From: Myxococcales bacterium
GTDB taxonomy: Bacteria; Myxococcota; Myxococcia; Myxococcales; UBA5297
Length of the DNA: 64,000 nucleotides
Direction of reading: 5' to 3'
Assembly (NCBI GenBank): GCA_031552145.1
Contig: JAVBMV010000007.1
Location: 34,486 to 98,485, forward strand
The notes under the pieces were generated by a model. That model was not told the DNA's origin, did not search any database, and worked only from the letters and a program-made list of their open reading frames with translations. Every line of letters begins with the position of its first letter. The first letter of the stretch is position 1. This document shows, in pieces, positions 52,769 to 62,257 of this stretch. Position numbers and translations under genes: made by a program.

Positions 52769-53953
52769 TTGGACCTGTCTCTGAACATTGAAAGACTCTT
52801 GACCGGCCTCGAGTCCGATCGGGTCGAGCGAACGATCGGTACAGACAAGACGAGCAAGTTCGCGAAGGCAATCTGTGCTTTCGCCAATGACTATCCCAAC
52901 CATCGACAACCGGGATACCTCGTCATTGGCGCCAACGACGACGGCTCCATCGCGGGACTAGAAGTAACAGAGCAATTACTCCAATCGTTGGCGGCGATAC
53001 GCTCGGATGGGCATGTCCTCCCTCCCCCCGCGATGTCGATCCACAGGGTTTCGCTCCCAGGGGGCGACCTGGCGGTCGTCGAGGTTCAACCGTCGTTAGC
53101 ACCTCCAGTCCGCTATCGCGGAAGAGTCTGGATACGGATCGGAGCGCGGCGCGCCGTCGCCAATGAGCAAGAAGAGCACATTCTCTCGGAGCGGCGCTCC
53201 TTCAACTCCGCTTCCTTCGATGCGACACCCGTCCAGGGGGCGGTCCTCAGCAATCTGAGCATGCGCCATTTCGAAGACTATCGAGCCCTCACCGTCGACC
53301 CGGAAATTATCGCGGCCAACCATCGAACCGTCGAGGAGTGTCTCGCATCTCTCAGGTGCTACGACCTGGTGAACCACCTTCCGACGGTCGCTGGTATCCT
53401 ATTATTTGGCAACAATCCCAGGCACTTCCTTCCCTGTGCGTATGTCCAGTTCCTGAAGTTCCCAGGGACAGCAGCGAGCGATACGCCCGAAGACCAGCTC
53501 GAGATCGACGGTGATCTTCGGTTCGTCGTCGAGACTCTGCGCGGCAAAATACTGGCATACAACAAGATCCCGCTGATACAGGGTGAACAGCTGCGAGAGC
53601 GCTCGATTCCCGATTATCCCGAGTGGGCGGTGCGAGAGCTACTCCACAATGCGCTGATGCATCGAGATTACCGGGCACAAGCACCCGTACGTTTCTATTG
53701 GTACGCCGACCGAATCGAGATCCAGAGCCCCGGTGGGCTCTATGGAAATGTGACACCAACGACCATGACGCGGCGCAGCGCCTACCGAAACCCCACCATC
53801 GCCGAGGCAATGAAGGCGATGGATTACGTCAACCGATATGGCTACGGAATTCAGCGCGCCTTGGCCCTGCTCGAGGCGAACGGCAACCCCAAGCCCGAAT
53901 ATGAGATCGACGAGGCAGAGGTCCGGGTGACGCTCCGGCCGCGTCCCCGATGA
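52769..53953 (+). CDS. AlbA_2 / HATPase_c_4 ATP-binding protein (second paralogue)
   Basis: A TTG start follows GAGAGGAG. The protein contains ...ESDRVERT...KAICAFANDYPNHRQPGYLVIGANDDGSIAGL..., ...RELLHNALMHRDY... and ...RYGYGIQRA.... Confidence 0.75.
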   Translation: MDLSLNIERLLTGLESDRVERTIGTDKTSKFAKAICAFANDYPNHRQPGYLVIGANDDGSIAGLEVTEQLLQSLAAIRSDGHVLPPPAMSIHRVSLPGGDLAVVEVQPSLAPPVRYRGRVWIRIGARRAVANEQEEHILSERRSFNSASFDATPVQGAVLSNLSMRHFEDYRALTVDPEIIAANHRTVEECLASLRCYDLVNHLPTVAGILLFGNNPRHFLPCAYVQFLKFPGTAASDTPEDQLEIDGDLRFVVETLRGKILAYNKIPLIQGEQLRERSIPDYPEWAVRELLHNALMHRDYRAQAPVRFYWYADRIEIQSPGGLYGNVTPTTMTRRSAYRNPTIAEAMKAMDYVNRYGYGIQRALALLEANGNPKPEYEIDEAEVRVTLRPRPR

Positions 53954-54038
53954 CGGCCATGCCTCCTTCGCTCGACAGCGACAGCTACCCCCCATAGGTC
54001 ATGGGCAGCCGCTCGCCGAGGCGATTAGCGATCTCGCC

Positions 54039-54713
54039 ATGCTCCGGGCGCCCAACCTCCTGCTTCTCCTCCTCTGCGCAGGGGCGCTCCATCCTCGCGC
54101 CGCCCTCGGCGCAACCCCCGAAGAGCCCCCGCCCGCGCGACCCACGCCACAGGAGGAGCCCTCTGCCGAGCCATCCGCTCCGAAGCCATCCCACGATTTC
54201 GATCTCTTCGGCGACACCTCGGAGCGGGCCGATGCGCTCTCGAGCCCCGACCTCTCCAAGGCCATCGCGAGGCGCCACCATGCGCTGAAGGCGCATCAGA
54301 TCCTCGGCCTCTCGACCTTGGCCCTTACGGCCGCCACCGTCCTCGTCGGTCAGTTCAACTACGACCGCCTCTATACCTCCGGCGCCAGCGGCAACGACTC
54401 GCTCCAGCTCACCCACCGCATCCTCGCCTACTCCACGGTGGGCGCCTTCGCGACGACCGCCGGCTTCGCGCTCTTCGCACCCAAGCCCGTCGAACGCAGC
54501 GACCCTGGTTTCTCGACCATCGACTTCCACAAGCTCGCGGTGGCGGGCGCATCGGCTGGGATGCTGACGCAGCTCGCGCTCGGCTTCGTCGCGGCGCAGG
54601 CGGCGCAGGCGGGAAATGGGCACCTCTCCTCCAACATGGCCGGCGCGCATCAGCTCGTGGGCTGGACCACCCTGGGACTGCTCTCGGCGGCCGGCATATC
54701 GTTGCTCTTCTAA
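54039..54713 (+). CDS. Hypothetical exported/membrane protein
   Basis: It has the signal-like MLRAPNLLLLLLCAGALHPRAALG, a Pro/Glu-rich linker and then about 4 hydrophobic segments. Confidence 0.45.
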   Translation: MLRAPNLLLLLLCAGALHPRAALGATPEEPPPARPTPQEEPSAEPSAPKPSHDFDLFGDTSERADALSSPDLSKAIARRHHALKAHQILGLSTLALTAATVLVGQFNYDRLYTSGASGNDSLQLTHRILAYSTVGAFATTAGFALFAPKPVERSDPGFSTIDFHKLAVAGASAGMLTQLALGFVAAQAAQAGNGHLSSNMAGAHQLVGWTTLGLLSAAGISLLF

Positions 54714-54731
54714 CCAATAGGAGCGAATCTC

Positions 54732-55283
54732 TTGGGCACGCCACTCTGCCTCTTTTTCGCCGCGAGTCTCCTCGCCGCCGCCCCATCCACCCAATGGTCC
54801 GGAGGCGGCCGCGTCGAATATGTATTGATCCACAAGTTTCACGAGGTGGTCGGGGTCTGCAAAGAGGTGGAGGCCCGAGCGAAAGTGGAGGGCGAGGGCC
54901 CGGCGACGATTCAGGTGATGGCGCGCGCGCCGATACGCTGCTTCGACTCGGGCAACACCAACCGCGACACCAACGCGATGGCCGCGGTCGACGCGGCGCA
55001 CCATCCGCTGGTGGTCGTGAAAGGCACGGCGAGCGGCGCGCTGCCGCCGCCTGGCCAGAGCGCCACCTTCACACTCGACGCGGCGGTCGAGCTGAAGGGA
55101 GAGACAGTCTTTCATCCGATCGAGCTGACGGTCGAACGGAGCACTGACGGCGAGCTGCGCGCCACCTTCTCCTTCGAAGAGCTGCTGACCGCGCACAAAA
55201 TCGAGCGGCCCAGCCTGCTCATGGTTCCCGTCGAAGATGCGCTGAAGCTGCGCGGATTGCTCACGCTGAGGAGGGCACCGTGA
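54732..55283 (+). CDS. YceI-like domain protein (TTG start)
   Basis: ...RVEYVLIHKFHEVVGV... and ...IRCFDSGNTNRDTNAM... resemble the YceI signature. Confidence 0.55.
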   Translation: MGTPLCLFFAASLLAAAPSTQWSGGGRVEYVLIHKFHEVVGVCKEVEARAKVEGEGPATIQVMARAPIRCFDSGNTNRDTNAMAAVDAAHHPLVVVKGTASGALPPPGQSATFTLDAAVELKGETVFHPIELTVERSTDGELRATFSFEELLTAHKIERPSLLMVPVEDALKLRGLLTLRRAP

Positions 55284-55651
55284 GAGGACCTCTTCGGTGT
55301 GCCGCGCTCGCCTCGCTCCTCGCCTCCGCGGCGGGCTGCAGCTTCGGGGTGGAGGACATCACCTCGGTGCCGGAGCACCCGACCTGGGAGAATGACGTGG
55401 CGCCGCTCCTCGCCAACCACTGCACGCTCTGCCATGGGGAGCGCGCGTCTCGTGGAGCTCCAAGCTATTTCCGGCTCGATCGTTTCGATGATGCCGGAGG
55501 GCGGCTCGGGGCCGGCTCGATGGCCGCCGCCGCCCTGCGCCAGGTCGAGGCCGACCGAATGCCCCCCGCCGCTGCGTGGGGCGACGGAATGGGGAGCAAG
55601 GGCAAGGAGCTCCTCAGGCGCTGGGTGGAGCAGGGCGCGCCGGCGCGGTGA
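55280..55651 (+). CDS. Small lipoprotein with a single CxxCH haem-binding motif (cytochrome c-like)
   Basis: The GTG start overlaps the preceding stop (GTGA). It has the leader ...LLASAAGCS. The motif occurs in ...LLANHCTLCHGER... and a distal ...DRMPP.... Confidence 0.5.
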   Translation: MRGPLRCAALASLLASAAGCSFGVEDITSVPEHPTWENDVAPLLANHCTLCHGERASRGAPSYFRLDRFDDAGGRLGAGSMAAAALRQVEADRMPPAAAWGDGMGSKGKELLRRWVEQGAPAR

Positions 55652-55713
55652 GCCCGCTCGCCAAGGAGCGGGCTCGCGATTGAACAAGGACGCCTCGCCG
55701 CTCTGGACGCCCT

Positions 55714-57192
55714 CTAGTAGGCGCGGCCGAAGAGCGCCATATGCGTCGCGGGGCGCCCCGAGGCGAAGCAGGTGGCCCCCTTCGCCTCTTCCTGTCCTTC
55801 GAGCGGGAAGCAACGGATGGTGGCGCGCGTCTCTTCTTTGATCTTCGCCTCCCACTGGGCGTCGTCGTGCCAGGGCACCAGGAAGAGGCCGCCCTGCTCC
55901 AGCTTCGCCTTGAGCTCATCGTAGGAGGCGACGCGCACGATGCTCTGGTCGAGCCGCTCCTTCGCGCGCGCGAGCAGCGTGGCCTGCAGCTCGGCCAGCT
56001 TCGCGACCACGCTCTCCTCGATGCCGGCGAAGGCGATGGGGAACTTCTTCCCCCCCGTCCTTGGCGCCGCGAAGACCTGCCCCGACTGGACGTCGCGGGG
56101 ACCTATCTCGAGGCGCAGCGGGACGCCCTTGCGCTCCCACTCGAAGTATTTGGCGCCCGGCTTCAGCGTGTCGCGATCGTCGAGCTTCACGCGCACCTTC
56201 GGCGAGAGCGCCGCCAGCACCTGCTGCGCGAAGGCCATCACGGTGCCGCGCTCCTCGTCCGTCTTCCAGATGGGGGTGATCACCACCTGCGTGGGCGCCA
56301 AGGTCGGCGGCAGCACCAGGCCGTTGTCGTCGCTGTGGGTCATGATGACCGCGCCGACCAGGCGCGTCGAGACGCCCCAGCTGGTAGCCCACACGAACTC
56401 ACGTTCGCCCGCCTGGGTCTGGAAGGTGACGTCGAAGGCCTTGGCGAAGTTCTGGCCCAGAAAGTGGCTGGTGCCCGCCTGGAGCGCCCAGCCGTTCTGC
56501 ATCAGCGCCTCGATGGTGAAGGTCTCGACCGCGCCGGCGAAGCGCTCGGAGGCGCTCTTCACGCCGGGGATGACCGGGATGGCGAGCATATCGCGCGCGA
56601 AGTCGCAGTAGACGCCGAGCATCTTCTTGGCCTCGACGAGCGCCTCCTCCGCGGTGGCGTGCGCCGTATGCCCCTCTTGCCAGAGAAACTCGGCCGTCCT
56701 GAGGAAGGGGCGGGTCTTCATCTCCCAGCGCACGACGTTGGCCCACTGGTTGATCAGGAGCGGCAGGTCGCGCCATGACTGGATCCAGCGCCGGTACATG
56801 TCCCAGATGATCGTCTCGGAGGTGGGCCGGACGATGAGCGGCTCCTCGAGCTTGCTGGCGGGATCGGGCTCCACGCCTCCACCCTCGGCGGCACGCAGAC
56901 GATGGTGCGTCACCACCGCGCACTCCTTGGCGAACCCCTCGACGTGCTGCGCCTCCTTCGAGAGGAAGGACATGGGGATGAAGAGCGGGAAGTAGGCGTT
57001 GACGTGGCCCGTCGCCTTGAAGCGGCGATCGAGGTCGTCGCGGATCGACTCCCAAATGGAGTAGCCGCTGGGGCGCAGCACCATCGAGCCCTTCACGGGC
57101 GAGTAGTCCGCGAGCTCAGCGGAGCTGATGACGTCGAGGTACCACTGCGAATAGTCCTGCGCTCTTGGAGTGATCTTGGCTTCGCTGGCCAC
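55714..57192 (-). CDS. proS: Proline--tRNA ligase (archaeal/eukaryote-like class II type)
   Basis: MASEAKITPRAQDYSQWYLDVISSAELADYSPVKGSMVLRPSGYSIWE..., ...RPTSETIIW... and ...WQEGHTAH... Confidence 0.95.
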   Translation of the reverse strand: MASEAKITPRAQDYSQWYLDVISSAELADYSPVKGSMVLRPSGYSIWESIRDDLDRRFKATGHVNAYFPLFIPMSFLSKEAQHVEGFAKECAVVTHHRLRAAEGGGVEPDPASKLEEPLIVRPTSETIIWDMYRRWIQSWRDLPLLINQWANVVRWEMKTRPFLRTAEFLWQEGHTAHATAEEALVEAKKMLGVYCDFARDMLAIPVIPGVKSASERFAGAVETFTIEALMQNGWALQAGTSHFLGQNFAKAFDVTFQTQAGEREFVWATSWGVSTRLVGAVIMTHSDDNGLVLPPTLAPTQVVITPIWKTDEERGTVMAFAQQVLAALSPKVRVKLDDRDTLKPGAKYFEWERKGVPLRLEIGPRDVQSGQVFAAPRTGGKKFPIAFAGIEESVVAKLAELQATLLARAKERLDQSIVRVASYDELKAKLEQGGLFLVPWHDDAQWEAKIKEETRATIRCFPLEGQEEAKGATCFASGRPATHMALFGRAY

Positions 57193-57279
57193 GGCATCTT
57201 CCTCGGTGGAAATGGGGACGGGCTGGGCGTAGCACAGGAGATGGGCGGTGAGGAAGAGCAGATGCAGGGCCCGCGTGGG

Positions 57280-57888
57280 CTAGACGATTCTGCAGGCCTC
57301 TTCGAAGGAGAGGCGGGGGTTACGCGGGAAGAGCTTGGCGCTGTCGCCGTGCCCCAGGTTCACCAGCAGAATGGCGCGCCACTTCGTCCCTTGGTGAAAG
57401 GCCGCGTCCACCTTTTCGTGATCGAAGCCCCCCATCGGGCCGCAATCGAGGCCGAGCGCGCGCGCCGCGATGAGCAGATAGGCCGCCTGCAACGAGCCGT
57501 TCTGAAGGAGCGCCCAGTCGCGATCCTCCTTGGAGAGGGAAGCAAAGATCTTCGGGGCTTGCGGAAAGAGCTTGGGCAGCTTCTCGTCGAAGGCCTCGTC
57601 ATAGGCGACGATGGCGGTCACGGGCGCGGCCATCGTCTTCTCGACGTTGCCCGGCGAGAGCGCCGGGCGCAGCCGCTCCTTTGCCTCGGCGCCCCGCACG
57701 AAGGTGATTCGCGCCGGCTGGCAATTGGCCGAGGTGGGCGCCATCCGCAGCAGCTCGTAGAGCTTCACGAGCGTCGCATCCTCGACCGGCTGGTCGAGCC
57801 AACCCTGGTGGGTCCTCGCCTCTAGGAAAAGGCTCTCCAGCGTAATCTTTGGCTCTGCCGCGCTCCGCCCATCGATTTTGTTTTCCAT
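57280..57888 (-). CDS. Nitroreductase-family protein (RutE/malonic semialdehyde reductase-like)
   Basis: ...ESLFLEARTHQGWLDQPVEDATLVKLYELLRMAPTSANCQPARITFV... Confidence 0.8.
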   Translation of the reverse strand: MENKIDGRSAAEPKITLESLFLEARTHQGWLDQPVEDATLVKLYELLRMAPTSANCQPARITFVRGAEAKERLRPALSPGNVEKTMAAPVTAIVAYDEAFDEKLPKLFPQAPKIFASLSKEDRDWALLQNGSLQAAYLLIAARALGLDCGPMGGFDHEKVDAAFHQGTKWRAILLVNLGHGDSAKLFPRNPRLSFEEACRIV

Positions 57889-58055
57889 CTTCTTCTCCGT
57901 TCCCCTTTTGGATGCACCGAGCCGACGAGCGATGCTCCAAATGGTAGATCGAACGCACTTTCGGAGCGGCCCGCTCCTGCGAATCGCCCCACGGACCCTG
58001 CCGAGCCAGTAGGACGGGGGCGCACATCGGCAACCCTGCGACTAATATCTTCCTC

Positions 58056-58844
58056 ATGCGAAAATCAGCTCGAACAGCGCTGGTCACGGGGGCCAACCGA
58101 GGGCTCGGACTGGAGACCTGCAGACAGCTCCTCAATCGGGATTACCGAGTCTACCTCACGAGCAGGAGCAGCGAGGGAGCGCGTGCCGCCCGCGCGTTGA
58201 ATCTGGCGGGTGGCGATGTCTCGTTCCATCGCCTCGATGTCTCCGATCCCGGCAGCGTCAACGCGCTGGCGGGGAGGCTCGAGGTCGATGGCATCTTGCT
58301 CGATGCGCTGGTCAACAACGCCGGAATCTACATCGATAGCCCCGACGCGGAGAGCGCCGCCCAGACCATCGACACCAATTTCTTCGGCGCGCTGCGCGTC
58401 ACCGAGGCGCTGCAAGGGCGCATGCGCGATGGTGGAAATGTCGTCATGGTCTCGAGCGGGCTCGGCGAACTCACCGGCTTCTCCGCGATGTTGCGCGACC
58501 GTCTCTTGGATCCCTCGCTCTCGAAGACAACTCTCGTCGCGATGATGCGTGCCTACGTCGACGCCGTCGGGAAAGGCACCTCCGAGGCCGAGGGGTGGCC
58601 CTCGTCGGCCTACAAAGTCTCGAAAGCGGGACTGAACGCGCTGACGCGAGTTCTCTCGCACGAGTGGGCGGGGCGCGGGGTCCGGGTAAACTCCGTCTCC
58701 CCAGGCTGGGTCCAAACCGACATGGGCGGCGCGAACGCGCCCCGCAAAATCGAAGAGGGCGCGTCCTCCATCGTCTGGGCGGCGGTGCTCCAGGAACATA
58801 AGAGCGGCGGTTTCTACGAGGATGGCGTGTCGATTGGTTGGTGA
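58056..58844 (+). CDS. Short-chain dehydrogenase/reductase (carbonyl-reductase-like)
   Basis: ...ALVTGANRGLGLET..., ...LVNNAGI... and ...SAYKVSKAGLNAL... Confidence 0.9.
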   Translation: MRKSARTALVTGANRGLGLETCRQLLNRDYRVYLTSRSSEGARAARALNLAGGDVSFHRLDVSDPGSVNALAGRLEVDGILLDALVNNAGIYIDSPDAESAAQTIDTNFFGALRVTEALQGRMRDGGNVVMVSSGLGELTGFSAMLRDRLLDPSLSKTTLVAMMRAYVDAVGKGTSEAEGWPSSAYKVSKAGLNALTRVLSHEWAGRGVRVNSVSPGWVQTDMGGANAPRKIEEGASSIVWAAVLQEHKSGGFYEDGVSIGW

Positions 58845-58854
58845 ACTAGCGTCT

Positions 58855-59361
58855 TCATGGCTCGCTCCTCGCGCTCGGCGTTCGGACGAGGCGCTTGATG
58901 TAGAGAGCACCGATAACGATCACTGCAGCCAGCGCGAGTAGAAAGAGGGCGATGGCTCCAAAGAAAATGGCACCTAGACGCGGCAAGCCGATACCAAAAG
59001 TCATGAAGGCGGCCAGGCCGAACATCAGGAGCACCTTTAGGGAGAGGAGCATCGTTCGAGTGGCGCTATCGGCGGCGCCTCTCTTCTCCTCGGGAATGGG
59101 CTTCGATCCGTAGTTGCAAAGTTCTGGCAGGAATCCCACAACGGTCATGAGGAAATAGACGATCCCCATGACGCAGGGAATCGCGATAACCTCTTTCTTG
59201 GAGCCCCAGCGGTCGGGCTCGCCCAAGGTCCCATAGTGGACGGGGATCAGATCCGGCAGCTTCGAGAAGCGCCAGAGCATTCCCGCGATGCTCGCGAGGA
59301 GGGCAAGGAATGCGAGGAGCTCGAGGCTCTTATGGAGGCGCGTGAAGATGACTCTCTTCAT
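58855..59361 (-). CDS. DUF1648-domain membrane protein
   Basis: ...LPDLIPVHYGTLGEPDRWGSKKEV... with four hydrophobic segments. Confidence 0.6.
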   Translation of the reverse strand: MKRVIFTRLHKSLELLAFLALLASIAGMLWRFSKLPDLIPVHYGTLGEPDRWGSKKEVIAIPCVMGIVYFLMTVVGFLPELCNYGSKPIPEEKRGAADSATRTMLLSLKVLLMFGLAAFMTFGIGLPRLGAIFFGAIALFLLALAAVIVIGALYIKRLVRTPSARSEP

Positions 59362-59383
59362 TGGCGGGCTCCTCCTGGGGCAA

Positions 59384-59815
59384 TCAGTCGTCGAGCCGCA
59401 CGAAGTGCCCGTTGGCGTCGAACTCGAGCTCTGGACCCGCGCGCAATTCGATCTCGTATCCCTTTCCCCGGCGCGCGGCCTCCTTAATCATCGCCGTGGG
59501 GTAGTGTTGCGTAAGGTATTCGGAGATTTTTTCTGGCAGCATGGTGCTCGGCAATCCTGTGCCCGCTCCCGCCTCGAGTTCGCGCCATTCTCCCTTGGCA
59601 TTGAACTCGAGCTCGCTGCCGTCGTCGAGCGTGACTTCGAACGACTTGGTACCCCAACCTTTGTCGATCGTCACCGCCGCGATTTTTTTCGCGGCGAAGT
59701 GCTTCTCGATGAAAGCGTGGGCGGCTTTCGGGAGGTCCTTCGCCGTTGCTGGCTTATCGGCATGGGCGGCGGACGCGACTGCAAGCGACGCGATGATGGC
59801 GAGCGATGCTCTCAT
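59384..59815 (-). CDS. PepSY-like (DUF2874) periplasmic protein
   Basis: It has the signal MRASLAIIASLAVASAAHA. Two similar modules are ...FEVTLDDGSELEFNAKGEW... and ...YEIELRAGPELEFDANGHF.... Confidence 0.65.
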   Translation of the reverse strand: MRASLAIIASLAVASAAHADKPATAKDLPKAAHAFIEKHFAAKKIAAVTIDKGWGTKSFEVTLDDGSELEFNAKGEWRELEAGAGTGLPSTMLPEKISEYLTQHYPTAMIKEAARRGKGYEIELRAGPELEFDANGHFVRLDD

Positions 59816-59949
59816 GAGATCCTCCTTGGATGGGGATCATCATAGCCTCAATATCTCGCGATTGAGAGGCAGCCCCGCGGCGCACCTGCTCTCGAAGGGC
59901 TCTGTACCCAAGAGCGAGAGCAGGGTCGAGGAAGACTGGAAATGGCTCT

Positions 59950-61059
59950 CTACGCGCGCATCGGCATGATCACGGCCGTGTAGCTGTCGTTCGAGGCAGG
60001 ACGCACGACACCGGGGCTCTGATCGTCGACCATCTCGAGCCTGATCTCCTCCTCGTCGAGCGCGGTCAGTACATCCATCAGATAGCGCGCGTTGAAGCCG
60101 ACATCGACGGCGGGGCCGTTGTAGGAAACGGGCAGGCTCTCCCGCGCCTCTCCAAGGATGGCGTTCTGGCTTGCGATCTTCAGCTCGTCTTCGGCGAGCT
60201 CGAACCTGACGGAGTGGCTCTTCTCGTCGGCGAGCAGCGCCACGCGTTTGATCACCGCGGCAAACTCGGCGCGCCGCAGCTTCACCTGGCTGTCGCGCTC
60301 CTTGGGGATCACATCCTCGTACGAGGGGAAGCGTCCGTCGATGAGACGCATCAGCATCGAGAGGCCGGGCTTCTTGAAGATGGCCGAGGTCTCGCCGAAG
60401 CCCAGATAGCACTCGGCCTCTGGCGCCTCATCGATCAACCGCTTCAGCTCGAGCATGCCCTTTCTCGGGAGGATGACCCCCTGGGCCAGCTTGAACTCTC
60501 CCCCCTCCATCGTCTGCTCCACCATCGAGAGGCGATGTCCGTCGGTGGCGACCGCCCGGATCTTTCCGTTATTGGCCGACTCGAAATAGAGGCCGGAGAG
60601 CGTGTAGCGCGTGTCGTCGGTCGAGATGGCGAAGGCCGTCTGGGCGATCATCTTCGAGAGCGTCGCCCCCTCGATCTTCACCATGTTCGCCTGCTCCTCC
60701 TTCGGCAGCGAAGGGTACTCGTCGGCGGGGATGCCGTAGAGCTTGAAGGCCGCCTTGCCGGAGGAGATCTCGACCGCGTTGTTGGCGAGGCGCTTCAGCT
60801 GGACGTTGGCCTCGGGGAGCGAACGGACGATGTCGAAGAGATGCTTCGCCGAGAGCGTGATCTCGCCGTCCGTCAGGACGTCGGCCGGGTGCTGGGTGAC
60901 CAGTCCGATGTCGAGGTCGTAAGAGGAGATGGAGACCTGGCCATCTCTCGCCTGGATGAGGACGTTGGCCAGCGCCGGGATGGTCGGCTTCTTCTGGACG
61001 ATTCCTTGGGCCCTGGCGAGGGCGCGGGAGAGTTCATCGACAGCGATTCGAAATTCCAT
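59950..61059 (-). CDS. dnaN: DNA polymerase III beta sliding clamp
   Basis: MEFRIAVDELSRALARAQGIVQKKPTIPALANVLIQA..., ...DDTRYTLSGLYFE... and ...ATDGHRLS... Confidence 0.95.
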   Translation of the reverse strand: MEFRIAVDELSRALARAQGIVQKKPTIPALANVLIQARDGQVSISSYDLDIGLVTQHPADVLTDGEITLSAKHLFDIVRSLPEANVQLKRLANNAVEISSGKAAFKLYGIPADEYPSLPKEEQANMVKIEGATLSKMIAQTAFAISTDDTRYTLSGLYFESANNGKIRAVATDGHRLSMVEQTMEGGEFKLAQGVILPRKGMLELKRLIDEAPEAECYLGFGETSAIFKKPGLSMLMRLIDGRFPSYEDVIPKERDSQVKLRRAEFAAVIKRVALLADEKSHSVRFELAEDELKIASQNAILGEARESLPVSYNGPAVDVGFNARYLMDVLTALDEEEIRLEMVDDQSPGVVRPASNDSYTAVIMPMRA

Positions 61060-61303
61060 TGGCCGCCTCCACGATCACTTCGTTTCGAGTGATCTCATGC
61101 TTGGTTAATCAGTCGTCTAAGTAGGGGGTGTTGGATTGGGGAAAACAGGTCTAAGTGATTGAAATGGCTGAGTAAATGAGTTCACACGGCGATGTTTGGG
61201 GCGCTCCTCGGAGCTGTTCTCTGATCCGTTGTGTGCTTCTGGCGAACTGCTCTCCAGAGGATTCCACAGAGTTCGTCGGTCGGATCCGGTGGGTTTCCCA
61301 CAT

Positions 61304-62221
61304 CTAGCGAACAGTCGTGGGCATCAGATGTTCGAGGATCCGGTCGAGCTCGGCATAGGAGTAGTAGTCGAGTTCGATTCTGCCCTTTCCATTTTTATCA
61401 AGAATTCTGACTTTGGTTCCCACGGCTCTTTGAAGTTGCTCGGTCAGGTTCTTTACTTCGGGGCTCTCGGGCTTCTTCACAGCGCCGATGGGGGCTCCTT
61501 CCTTGAGCCTCCTCACCAATTGTTCTGTCGCCCTGACGCTCATCTTCGCCGTGCTTATCTGAGCAAAAGCGCGGCGCATGGCATCATGATCGCCAAGACC
61601 TAGAAGTGCGCGCGCGTGGCCCATATCGACCTGTCGCTCCGAGAGTGCCTGCTTAATCTCGGGGGGGAGATTGAGGAGGCGAAGCGCGTTCGCGACAGAG
61701 GAACGGTCTTTTCCGACCACATTGGCGATGGCCTCTTGCGTAAGGTCGTGGTCGTCGATGAGTCGGCGATAACCCTCTGCCTCTTCGATTGGGTTCAGAT
61801 CTTCGCGCTGGAGGTTCTCGATGAGCGCCAGCTGATAGGCGTCTCGCTCCGAGAGTTGCTTGACGATGGCTGGAACTTCCTTCAGTCCAGCCAGCTGTGC
61901 AGCGCGCCAGCGACGTTCACCCGCGACAATTCTGTAGTTGGCGCCATCGGGTCTGACGGTGATCGGTTGAATGATCCCGCAGGACTTGATCGACTGGGCC
62001 AGCTCTGTGAGCTTCTCCGTCTCGAAATGTTGCCTCGGCTGAGCTTCGTCGCGCACGATTCGTTCGATCGGGAGCTGCAGAATGGCGTTCTTCTCCTCTG
62101 CACCATTGGATGATTGCTCAGGAGGAGCGACTGGAGTGGGGATTAGCGCCGAGAGCCCTCTGCCTAGGGTGTTTCGCTTCTGGCTCTTCTCTTTGGCTTT
62201 CTGTTGGACCATTTCGTACAT
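61304..62221 (-). CDS. parB: Chromosome partitioning protein ParB
   Basis: ...LGRGLSALIP..., ...QPRQHFETEKLTELAQSIKSCGIIQPITVR... and ...IVAGERRWRAAQLAGL... Confidence 0.95.
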   Translation of the reverse strand: MYEMVQQKAKEKSQKRNTLGRGLSALIPTPVAPPEQSSNGAEEKNAILQLPIERIVRDEAQPRQHFETEKLTELAQSIKSCGIIQPITVRPDGANYRIVAGERRWRAAQLAGLKEVPAIVKQLSERDAYQLALIENLQREDLNPIEEAEGYRRLIDDHDLTQEAIANVVGKDRSSVANALRLLNLPPEIKQALSERQVDMGHARALLGLGDHDAMRRAFAQISTAKMSVRATEQLVRRLKEGAPIGAVKKPESPEVKNLTEQLQRAVGTKVRILDKNGKGRIELDYYSYAELDRILEHLMPTTVR

Positions 62222-62257
62222 AGCCTCTCGAGCTGCAGATTGACGTGAGGATGGGCG

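Noticed and set aside
59886-59923. The 9-bp perfect inverted repeat CTGCTCTCG...CGAGAGCAG, 25 nt downstream of the dnaN stop codon. A second repeat, CCTCAAT...ATTGAGG, lies at about 59848-59869.
   Set aside because: It is plausibly the dnaN terminator, but neither strand has a U-run. It is unremarkable and not secure enough to list as a feature.
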